From Vitrella brassicaformis CCMP3155 (lineage: Eukaryota > Protista > Chromerida): a DNA stretch of 64,000 nucleotides. Below the pieces are notes generated by a model. The model was not told where the DNA came from. It made no database searches and was given only the letters and a program-made list of their open reading frames with translations. The position numbers and the translations under genes are program-made. The DNA lies in NCBI GenBank assembly GCA_001179505.1, contig CDMY01000821.1, forward strand, positions 191,887 through 255,886. The letters are read 5' to 3'. Shown here in pieces: positions 11,707-22,159 of this stretch. Each line of letters begins with the position of its first letter. The first letter of the stretch is position 1.

Positions 11707-13668
11707 GTAGACCGGCCTCTCTCTCTCTCTGTGCATGCGTGTGCGTGTTGGTGGGTGCGCTGGTGCGGTCGCATCTTGTGCTTTTTCTCGATGCGCCCCG
11801 CATTGCGTTCAATGCGATGCGGCCTATCGAGACGTGTGTGTGTGTGTGTGTATGTGTGTGTGTGCGGCTTTGGGTGGGCGTGATGGCTGTGGTTGTGCTG
11901 TAAATACCGTGGGCCGATTTTGCTCGGGTGTGCAGAAGAGACTGGATGGTTGTTGCGTAAGATTAGGAGGTGCGAATGTACGTGCGTACGGAATGGATAA
12001 CGGCGACTGACTGATCTGGCTCTCTGGCTTTCACTCACTGCAACTTACTTTTGCTCAAGGGTTCTTTTCCAGGGCCTGGGGTGTTGGGTGGATGGTCGGG
12101 CTGTTTTCTTTTGGTACTTACTGTCTGCTTGTGCGAGATCGGCCTGAGTGAGGCTGGGATGTCCGCCTTCATACGTATGTGCCCAACATCCCTGTCTGCC
12201 TTCCTGCCTGTCTGGCTTGTCTCTCTGCACGTGTGCGTGTGTCTGTTTCAAGCAGGCAGGCTGCCTTCGGCGGTGTCTGCAGATTTTTATCCCGGTTGGC
12301 TGTTGAAAGACTGGATGGATGGATGGATGGAGGCAGCGAAGATGTGTGTGTGGGCCGCGTGCTTTGTTATTACGTGTCATCGCAGTCCGTCTTCCTACGC
12401 TCACGTGCCGCCAGGGAAAACTGGCGCCGCACGTGCGCGTGGGAGGCTGTGGTGAGATGACACGTCACAACATTGCCGCTGGAGTGAGTGAGACATGTGC
12501 AGTGCACACGCCTTTTGCTGCACGGCGAGGCGGGCAGACAAGCAGTGAGGAAGGAAGGCGACACGCCACACGCGGATGGACCACCAGCTAGAGGGGAGGG
12601 GAGTGTGTGAGGTGAACTGACTGATGACTGGTGCTGTTGTATCACGTGTGGTGAGTGAAATTACCCCTGCTGCCTTCACGTGTAACCCGTGTAGTGTGTC
12701 TTGCTGTGACGTCGTTGCACCCTTCGACGATCCGAAGGGTACGTCGGGGTCGCTGCCTGGCAGCCTTCACGCGTGTACGGGCGGAGGCAGGGGGGTCGAT
12801 GGTGGGTGAGTCATCCCTTGCTGTACGTGCCACATCTGTGTGTATCTATCTACCTATTGAGTGTGTGGTCGTGAACATAAGCTGGTTGACAGACAACGCA
12901 ATGCAATGCGGCGGTGGTGCATTTTTGGCTGCATGACCCGTCCGTCTGGCTGTCAGTCTGTTGTGAGTGGATGCCACCGGGGTGCGTGGGTGGGTGTGTG
13001 GGCGCGTACACTACCATCATCATATGGATGTGAGGGTGGTGCTGGTCGGGTGGACACTGCCTTTTTGCACAAACCGACATGCATACCATGCCATGCTCAG
13101 ACTCATCACATCACATCCGGTCCCACTAATTGAATGGACGTCCATGTACACACAGGCAGCATTGTCGACACGGCAACCGGCGATACAACAGGCGCCGTGA
13201 CGTGCGCCATACCCACGTGACGGTCCACAGTCTACACCACGCAACGGGGAGGGGAGGAACAGGGGAAAATTCAGTGCAAATGACACAACAAAGAGAATCC
13301 TCACGACAGAAGGAGCTGAACGAGCTTCTGAGCTCGCAGGATTGACCCCTTCCTGAGTTTTGCAGTGGAGCGGCTTCTTTCGGCCGTCGTTTAAAGACAC
13401 CACGAGCAAGAGAGAGCCGAAGTCGCCGTCAACAGATCAATTCGGCAAGGTTGCCGTCTGCACCGAGGAGCCCCAAGAGCCGGGGAGAAGAGCAAGAACC
13501 TTCAAAAGGGCGCATCGCTGCGCATCCGCAGGTAAAGGATGACAGCCTGGCCATCACAACTCACGCTCACAAGGCAGGAACAGTGCCAATTGAATAGTGC
13601 AAAACGCACCGATGATGATATCACAGTTGAAGGATGCATCTTTGATGTGTTCTCAGGTTGCGGCCTGC

Positions 13669-13995
13669 ATGCAGGCGCCACCCGGTCCCCCGGGCATGGC
13701 ACACGCCGGCATGACCCCATCCCTCGCCCCCTCTCCCCCTCCGCCTCCCCGATACCCTCCCCCGCCCCCTCGCTCCCCCTTGCATGAGATGTTTGAGGTG
13801 AAGAAGCTCCTCGGCCGCGGCGCATACGGCGATGTCTTCGAGGCCGTCGACAAGGCCAGTGGGGAGACCAGAGCGGTCAAGACCTTCGCCAAGCGGGTCA
13901 ACGGCGTGGAAGCCCACCCATCCACCCACGTGGAAGTGGCGGCCATGAGGCGCGCCCGAGGCCACCCCTATATCGTGGACCTCAAGGGCTTTTGC
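13669..13995 (+). CDS. Protein kinase N-lobe, partial copy truncated by an assembly gap
   Basis: LLGRGAYGDVF...AVKTF...HVEVAAM, nearly identical to 15128-15457; ends at the N run. Confidence 0.6.
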
Positions 13996-14295
13996 NNNNN
14001 NNNNNNNNNNNNNNNNNNNNNNNNNNNNNNNNNNNNNNNNNNNNNNNNNNNNNNNNNNNNNNNNNNNNNNNNNNNNNNNNNNNNNNNNNNNNNNNNNNNN
14101 NNNNNNNNNNNNNNNNNNNNNNNNNNNNNNNNNNNNNNNNNNNNNNNNNNNNNNNNNNNNNNNNNNNNNNNNNNNNNNNNNNNNNNNNNNNNNNNNNNNN
14201 NNNNNNNNNNNNNNNNNNNNNNNNNNNNNNNNNNNNNNNNNNNNNNNNNNNNNNNNNNNNNNNNNNNNNNNNNNNNNNNNNNNNNNNNNNNNNNN
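13996..14295. other. Assembly gap (300 N)
   Basis: N run. Confidence 1.
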
Positions 14296-15127
14296 ACATG
14301 TAGGTATTCGAGGCAGACGATGATGCATAGGAAGACCAGGGCATTTGGATACGACGGCAGGCATTGGCATCGGTGGAGCCGACGGCAGGCATTGGCATCG
14401 GTGGAGCTTTGCAAAGGGAGACGGCGCCCTGTCATTAGGTGGGGGTCTGTTATGGGGGCGTCTTGCCTCCGAGTCGAAGTGAATGAGAACCTTTGTGTGG
14501 TTCAAGCTGTTCCAGTGACCGTTGTTGTCTTGTGCGGCAACTTGTGGCTCGAGAAAATTGTGGATATATGATCAGTCGCCCGTCAAAATACGCCGGAAGT
14601 AGCTCCGTTGACAATAGAGACACGTAGCGAAACAGAGACACGTTAAGCGTTCGTGCATCCATAGACAAACACTCATGTGTGAGTAAATAACACGCAATAC
14701 GACACAGTGAAAACCAAGGGGGGGGAGGAAGACACAATGCCAATTCGCGCTGCTGCAGTTCACTCGCCGCGAGCTCCGCCAAAGCTCGCCGCCATCCTCT
14801 TCGACCCCTTCCTCAGTTTTGCAATGGAGCGGCTTCTCTTGGCTGTCGTCTGAAGACACCACGAGCAAGAAAGAGCGGAAGTCGCCATCAAAAGATCAAT
14901 TCGGCAAGGTTGCCGTCTGCACCGAGAAGCCCCAAGAGCCGGGGAGAAGAGCAAGAACCTTCAAAAGGGCGCATCGCTGCGCATCCGCAGGTAAAGGATG
15001 ACAGCCTGGCCATCACAACTCACGCTCACAAGGCAGGAACAGTGCCAATTGAACAGTGCAGAACGCACCGATGATGATATCACAGTTGAAGGATGCATCT
15101 TTGATGTGTTCTCAGGTTGCGGCCTGC

Positions 15128-16927
15128 ATGCAGGCGCCACCCGGTCCCCCGGGCATGGCACACGCCGGCATGACCCCATCCCTCGCCCCCTCTCCCCCTC
15201 CGCCTCCCCGATACCCTCCTCCGCCCCCTCCCAGCTCCCCCTTGCATGAGATGTTTGAGGTGAAGAAGCTCCTCGGCCGCGGCGTATACGGCGATGTCTT
15301 CGAGGCCGTCGACAAGGCCAGTGGGGAGACCCAAGCGGTCAAGACCTTCGCCAAGCGGGTCAACGGCGTGGAAGCCCACCCATCCACCCACGTGGAAGTG
15401 GCGGCCATGAGGCGCGCCCGAGGCCACCCCTATATCGTGGACCTCAAGGGCTTTTGCCTGGAGCACGGCCCCTGCCAGTTTGCTTACATGGAGAAGTGCG
15501 GCCCCAACCTCCACACCTACCAAGTGAGTCGCTGCCCCCACGGCTTCGGCATCCAGGTGCTCAAGAGAGCAACTTGGCAGTTGGCCCGGGGCATCGCCCA
15601 CCTACACAAGCTGGGGGTGTGGCATCGCGATATCAAGCCGGCCAACCTGCTAGTGAGCCCCGACAGGCAGGGAGTCAAGATAGCTGACTTCGGCCTTGCT
15701 CTTCTTCGGCCCAGGAGGCTGGACTGGAGCCTGGCGTCCCTGTACGAGATGGGGACGCCAGGTTTTGTGGCACTCGAGGTGCTCCTGGCCAGGGAGATGG
15801 CCAAGTATGGCCTAGCGGGGACGGGCACGGTGATGGGCATCGAGCCATACAGCCACAAGATCGATGGGTGGGCGCTGGCGGCCAGCCTCTGGCAGCTGGG
15901 ATTCGGCAGGGCGCTGATCCCTGTGGCGGCTGGATGGACCGAGGATCAGATCCTCTTCGACTCGGTGCGCATCCAGGGGCTGCCCAAGCCGGGGGACATG
16001 GGAGGGGCAATGGGGCACTTGATAAGCTGCATTCAGAACGACGGCCGCCGCAGCCATCGCCTCCCCACGGGAGACTGGGGCCTGTTCGACCAGTCCAAGG
16101 AGGCGATAAAGGAGAGGCTGATCTCCCGGCTGCAGCAGCAGGGTGTGACCGGGGCGCCGGTGATGGGCGATGCTGTCGTGTTTGGCAACTTCATGGACCT
16201 CCTGTCTAGGTATGTGCACAAAAAGAAGGGAAAAGACTGACTGAGGGGACAACACTCATCTGTCCCGTGTCTCTCTTGCTCTGTTTGCAGTTTGTTGCTG
16301 CCGCCCGCTGAAAGGCCGGAGGTTTCGACCATCCAGCGGTACCCTTTCGTCCTCACCCCGCCCAACCGCACCCCAGCCCCAGCACAACCCACTGCGGCTC
16401 CCTCAGACCAGCAGAAGAAGGCCGCTGCTGCCCTTGACCAGCAGAAGGGGCGGCCTGGGGTGGCCGGCGAGGAGAAGGCGCACGAAGAGACCGCTGAGGA
16501 TGACACTGGCCAGCGAGAGGCCGCCGCCAATGGTGATGGCGGTGAGTCTGACGAGAGCGCTGCCAATGGTGATGGCGGTGAGTCTGACGAGAGCGCTGCC
16601 AATGGCGATGGCGGTGAGTCTGACAAGAGCGCTGCCAATGGTGATGCCGATGAGTCTGACGAACAGAGCCCTACCGAGCAGCCGAGCAGCACTGATGGCG
16701 GCGACACGTTTCCCCGAACGAGGAGACCGACGGCCGACGGCGCAGGGGCACCAGAGGCCCACGACGGCGAGACAGGGGAGGGAGACGAGGAAGATGAGTC
16801 CCTCCGTCTCCCTTTCCGGCAGGCGTTTCCCTGGAAGAACTGGCAATCGACGCCCACCCGAGATGTGTCACCGAGACGGGAGAGGGACATGATGGGAGGC
16901 CGCTGGGGACGACCTGGCGATGCGTGA
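15128..16927 (+). CDS. Ser/Thr protein kinase (CMGC/CDK-like) with acidic repeat tail
   Basis: GRGVYG, AVK, HRDIKPAN, IADFG, GTPGFVALE, KIDGWAL. One intron (16210-16290) rejoins to LLLPPAERPEVSTIQRYPF. The 5' end may extend upstream. Confidence 0.88.
16526..16665 (+). repeat. 36-bp coding tandem repeat x4 (ANGDGGESDESA)
   Basis: Unit gccaatggtgatggcggtgagtctgacgagagcgct, seen directly. Confidence 0.9.
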
Positions 16928-17145
16928 ACATCTGACCGTGTGTGTGTGCACGCTGGCTGGCGGTGTCCGCTGATGCGCACTGGCGGCATGCATGTGGTGC
17001 GTGTGGTGTGGCGATGCGGGGGACGCGAGATATGACCGCCCTTTTTGCCGGATGGACACGAGACGCATGTGAACAATTCAATAAACGTGCACGGCCCAAT
17101 TGTAGCAGGTTGCAATGATGCAGTACGTGCCGAACAAATGAGTGC

Positions 17146-17657
17146 CGTCCACAAACTCACAAACGCATCAAATTATCATACACACATTGACTTGACGTAC
17201 AAACAAACGCTAATTAGCAGCGGGCTCGGTCAGCCGAAGGAGAGAGATGCCATCAGTACGAGACGGCGACACATGTATTATATAAGGTCAAAACTTCACC
17301 AGCAAACGTATGTATGTTTGTCCTCCTTGGCTCAGGCTACAGATATAGATGGACGCAGGCAGCTCTCCTGTGGTCAGCCAGGCCCAGACATAAGTGCATG
17401 AACCGGTCCCTCCATCCCTCCATCCATCTCTTCTTGTCGCCTCCCTCCCCTCAGCCAGCCAGCCAGCCAATTGGACGAGTGAGTGCTCCCCTGTGTGCTG
17501 AGCATGACTTCATCCCGCCTCCGACACTTGCTTGCCGTCCGTCGGCCAATGTCGTCATGCCGGGCGGGCCATCACACTTGGCACGGCAGGGGGCACGCAT
17601 TCACTCGCGGTACATTGACGGACGTACTGAATGATACTGACACATATACACATGCAC

Positions 17658-17705
<48 letters not shown>
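17146..17705 (+). repeat. Dispersed non-coding repeat ending in a (CACATA)n tract; inverted copy at 63440-64000
   Basis: aaatgagtgccgtccacaaactcacaaacgcatc... matches the reverse complement of the window end over ~550 bp. Confidence 0.9.
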
Positions 17706-17709
<4 letters not shown>

Positions 17710-18449
17710 CGCTCAGTGTGTGTGGGTCCTCAATTCACCTGTATGTAAGTCTTCCCCGGTCCTCTCTGGCAGTAGGGCACCACGGATGCGCTCCTCAATC
17801 GCTCAGGTCGAAGGCTTCTGCGAGACTCACACCATACGTCTAGCGTATTGGTTGCTGCCCATGTTGGCCGTGCAGTCCAGCAGGTGCTTCCTGGACAGTG
17901 TACTCGAAAGACAGCCGCCTCAACATCAAACGACACACGACGCTGAATGCACAGACAGACAGACAGACAGACGATCAAGATACACAGAAACAAGCGAGTG
18001 CAGGGAGTCTGCTCACCGCTCTCTGAATCATCGGCTGCATCTCATCGCACACGTACTGTATGTGTGTAGTCGATGATTGCCATGCACTCGGATGGCTTGG
18101 TGTGGTACTGCAGCATCCTATATATGTGCTGCAGTGGCCAGTGTGCCTAGAGATGTCCTCGCCGTCGACAGCTGTGCAGATGGTCTTAGTTGAGGAGGGT
18201 GTCGACCTCCTCCATGTATCGACACCATTCTCCGCCAGTGACTGTCTGACGACGTCCGATGGATAAATAGATCAGCGCCTGGAACACACAGGCAGGAAGC
18301 GGCAAATGAATCAACACAAATGACGCACCGTTTCGGTTCTGGCGAGTCCCTTTCCTCCCTCATCTGCGAGCTTTGTTTTTGACAGGCAAAGATCTTTGGA
18401 CGGCTGGATCTTTGACCCCAACCTCGGCAGCGCTATACAAGTGTCGGCA

Positions 18450-19458
18450 ATGCAGATCCTGCTGGCCTTCGTTGCGCTCTCGAGCCTGATCTGCTTCACT
18501 CACTCCTTCCAGCCCTCTCCTCCCCTCAGCCACCGTGAGCACTCATTGCACGAGGCACCATCATATGGCGCGTGGTGATGTGCACAGCACAGTGGCCCAT
18601 GGTGCCAAGATCTGGCTCTGTCTTGGTCTGGTGACTTTCAGTCGCCTTCCGAGCACCTGTATCTGCCGCTGCTCCCTCTCGGCACCATGCACCTCGCAGT
18701 CGCCTGTCGTCGTCCCTTCAGATGCAGGCACCAGCTACAGTGAGGATGGGTGGGATGGCTAGACAATCAACACGGTTGAAATGAATGGAGGTCTCTCTGC
18801 ACTCACGCACTGCACTGTTATGTGTGTGTGAAGTTGATTCAGTACCACGGCGTGAAGCTGCGACTGCCTGTGTTTGGCGACACGAGTGTGGGGGTGGCCT
18901 TCACACCGGAGGCCTGCAAGGAGCTCTCGGCAAAGGTCGATGAGGTTAGGCCGTCTGCCCGGGAGAGGAGAGGCGCACTCATGGCTTCTCGGGCGATGTG
19001 TGTGTGTGTGTGTGTGTGTGCAGGTGCTGCAGACGTTCAGGGTGATTGCTGATCGGAGGGAGGGCAGGGAACGGCCACGGTGAGTGAAGGAGCATGGACG
19101 GACGGATGGGTGGGTGATGGAAGACCAGACCACGCGCACATCACTTTCTAAGTGCGTGTATGTGTGTGTGATTGACTCAGTCGCGAGCCATCGATGGAGT
19201 TCCAGACGGAGGTCGACGGCACGCGCATCAGCTTCGAATGCAACCCTAACATATTTCCGGTACGCACGCCGAGCCGCACGCAAACTCACACATCCATCCA
19301 TCCATCCACATATGTATGTGTGTGTGTGTGTGTAGGACTACACGAAGGCCCAGGTGTTTTTCCAGGTCAAGTCGCCGCACGTGGACATCACCGCACAGCT
19401 GTCCTTCCAGAGCCTCATCGAGGCACTCGCACAATACAAAGAGCAATACGGAATGTGA
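18450..19458 (+). CDS. Small nucleus-encoded, probably plastid-targeted protein resembling a cyanobacterial conserved hypothetical (CNPNI[FW]P motif)
   Basis: Six GT-AG exons. Signal peptide MQILLAFVALSSLICFTHS followed by F; Ser/Arg/Ala-rich transit-like segment (FRAPVSAAAPSRHHAPRSRLSSSL); mature part ...AFTPEACKELSAKVDE...MEFQTEVDGTRISFECNPNIFPDYTKAQVFFQVKSPHVDITAQLSFQSLIEALAQY. The family resemblance is from memory. Confidence 0.7.
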
Positions 19459-19889
19459 CGAGTGTTGCACTGCACTGACACGAGGCGAAGAGAGCAGGGA
19501 GGGTCTGTCTGTCTGTCTGGAGGGGCTGCGGCTTAAGAGAGACGGATGGTTTGATCGCTCATTTGTTATTCTGCAATGTGTGTACGCCTACTGGCGTCGC
19601 TCGCTTTATGCATCCTCGCCGTGCTGTGCATGGGTCCATCCATCCATTTTGAGTGAGTGCGAGGGACACACACGTATACAAACGGATTGATTGCCTCATC
19701 CATGCGATGGGAGAAATGGCCATGCGAGTGGCGACTGCGACGTGGAAGCTCCGTCCTTGGCAAAGGAAAGAGATTCGACGTCGTAGTCACCATCGCTAGG
19801 TCGGTCATTTCTCCCATCTGGCAACCGAGGCTGGTTTACCTGTCAATCCCTCATGCACAGGTCGTCAAGTGATTGCCTGCCTCCCTGCC

Positions 19890-21916
19890 TCACGTAATGT
19901 GCGGCTGCCATCGCCGCAATATCAGCCCTCGGCAGCCCAGCCAATTGGCCGCCGCACTCACCCCTTCCCCATCCTGCATGCCCCCCACTGCTGCACCACC
20001 GCCATCTGCCGTCTCTGTTTTCGTTTCGATGCCCAGCAGTCCCAGAAGGAACGTCAGGTCGGGTGAGGGCGGGTGTGGCAGGGCGGCGGGGGGGATGGGG
20101 ATGGGGGGCACTTCACGGACGACGACAACATCCTGGGGTAGATCAACAGACAGACAGACAGACAACAGAAGGGTGGGTGGCTGGATCCACCCATTGTGAG
20201 TCTCTCTGGCTGCTGAGCTGACCTTGGCCACGCTGACGGCTAGACGGGACCCACACACCACCTCCCTTCAGAAAGAAAGAAGGACACACCGACACAGGTG
20301 GATGGATGGACGAAAAATCGATCCACGGACACACACGTACGATATGCATCCTGACCTCCATGTGGTGGGCTGGGGCTGCGGTTGGGCGTCTCCCTCCCTC
20401 TGCTGCTCCTCAGCGCTCCCCACTGCCATGGTGTCACCACCTCCATCGTTCAGCCTCCGCCGCTTGCTGGACCTCTCGGCCGCCACATCATCATCGCTCA
20501 TGTCAGGGGCCGGCCCGCCTTTACCTTCATCATCTGGCTGATGCGGGTGGAGCTGCACCGCATATCTACACGAACACACAAAGAGAGAGAGAGCGAGACC
20601 CATATAGAGGAGAGATGCCACTCCTGCTTTGTGTTGGTGTGATGGATGTGTGTGCGTTAGTTCACTGGCTGTCTCACTGACTGTGCGTGGACTTTTTCGG
20701 GTGTGGATGCGTAGAGGAGGTAGTTGGCGCCGAACTTCATGCCGCTCTTCACCACCCAGCCCTTCAGACGCAAATACACATAACTGCACACAGCACCACA
20801 CACACATATACACACACATTCGAACACAGCCACACCGATTGGATGCACACAGGTACATGCATACCTCCTGAATGAGAAGGCAAAGCGCAACTGCGACCGG
20901 CAAAAGGCCTCGTAGGCCTCACGGCAAGACATAAATGACGCATCAAGGTTCCCTGCACACACACACACACCCCGATAGATAGACATATGTCAGTCACATA
21001 AGTCCCAACCAAGCAACAAAAGCAGAAAGCGCCCGCCCCACTGACCTCTCAGCCGGACGTCGAAGGGGAAGCTGCCCATCTCGCCCAGCAGCACCAGGTA
21101 GAGTGCCTCCTCGGGGGCCAGGCAGAAGGCCTGCAGGTCGGCGTTGTGCTTGCCGTACCCATTGGCCTTCAGGTAGGCCTCGAACCGCCGAGGGGGCTTG
21201 AGGAACAGCACACAGGGGTGGGCGAAGATGCCCACCACCCTCTCTCTCCTTGACACCAGCTCAGCATCGATTCGATTACCACCAGCGGCAGCAGCAGCAG
21301 CAGCAGCAGATCTTGAGACGTATGACGGGATCCCACTTGGGGTGCTTTCACTGAACTGATAGAGGTAGGCTGAGCGAAAACAGCCAAAAGGGCAGGCAGA
21401 CAGGGAGTGCGTGTGGATGCTCCATATCTCCCCTCACCCACCCACCGACCCACCAGTGTCATTCTGTCGCTTGTTCATCTGTGACGACTTGGTCATCCAG
21501 TCGTCACACACCACCTTGGCCCGACCGCCGCTGATGGACGCCTCTGTCAGCGAATTGTCACGCAGGAAACGAGCAAAACCCTGACACCACGCACCACACG
21601 CCACACGCAGCGGGCCACCACTGTGTGAGCACAGCACTCATTCGCATCTGCCGTAGCCGCACCGCACCTGCGTGCTGAGAGTCCTGGCCACGACGATGTG
21701 TGTGATGCTTGGGTTGAGCTCCTTCGAATCCTCCCGCCCCTCTTCGCCAATCACCGTGCAGGTGATCTCCTGTGCCACCTGTCCGCCCTTCTTCCTCACT
21801 CGCTCACTCATCGCCTTGATCCGCTCCAGGCCCAGGTCGCCCCGCCGCACAAAGTACAGGCAGCAGGAAGAGAAAACCCCCGCAGACGACGAGCAGGACA
21901 CGGACGACTCAGCCAT
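19890..21916 (-). CDS. SEN2: tRNA-splicing endonuclease catalytic subunit (Sen2-like) with N-terminal BRCT domain
   Basis: Exons 21916-21668, 21580-21454 and 21369-21046 are in frame, with further exons after. BRCT: FSSCCLYFV...ERIKAMSERVRKKGGQV...ITHIVV...VVCDDWM. Endonuclease: NGYG, LAPEEALYL, YVYLRLKGWVVKSGMKFGANYLLY...VHAQY, WREVVCGSRLAVSVAK (Tyr/His/Lys triad). Confidence 0.82.
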
Positions 21917-22159
21917 TGCGAGTTGCAACTGGATGAATAAGAGCTGCCGGATCTTTGACCTCTTCGGCTGCGAATGCCGTGTGGCTGCGTTTCTGGCCTC
22001 TTTCCACAAAAGCGCGCAAAGGATCGCTCCATAGCTCGCAGACGGAGAAGGCGAAAGAGGCGGACTTCAGGAGATCTGTGAAGATCTGTCACCAGTGTGG
22101 TCAGTACCGTTCATCGCTTTCAACAGATAGTAGACAGACAGGCAGAAGCTGGCGCGACG

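Larger units (their letters stand above)
13344..15457 (+). repeat. Direct duplication: 13344-13995 vs ~14803-15457
   Basis: Near-identical sequence with scattered substitutions and a 3-nt indel, separated by a 300-N gap and ~500 bp of unique sequence. Confidence 0.9.

Noticed and set aside
12395-12780. Several CACGTG/TCACGTG sites as yeast-like MET (Cbf1) boxes
   Set aside because: They lie downstream of the SiR genes, none occurs in the shared promoter, and the motif is common in this CA/GT-rich DNA.
14440-14640. Mariner-like (RILTGD*SYIH; VLIHFDSEARRPH) or Thg1-like (FDGRLIIYP) fragments on the minus strand
   Set aside because: The motifs are too short and wrongly spaced, one has an in-frame stop, and no TIRs are visible; cannot be supported without a search.
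17631-17843. His/Ile-, His/Thr- and Cys/Val-rich ORFs here and throughout the ORF track
   Set aside because: They are translations of (CACATA)n, (CA)n and (GT)n microsatellites in introns and intergenic DNA.
17720-18400. Possible minus-strand gene remnant
   Set aside because: Splice-like signals are present, but no consistent frame or recognisable motif could be assembled.
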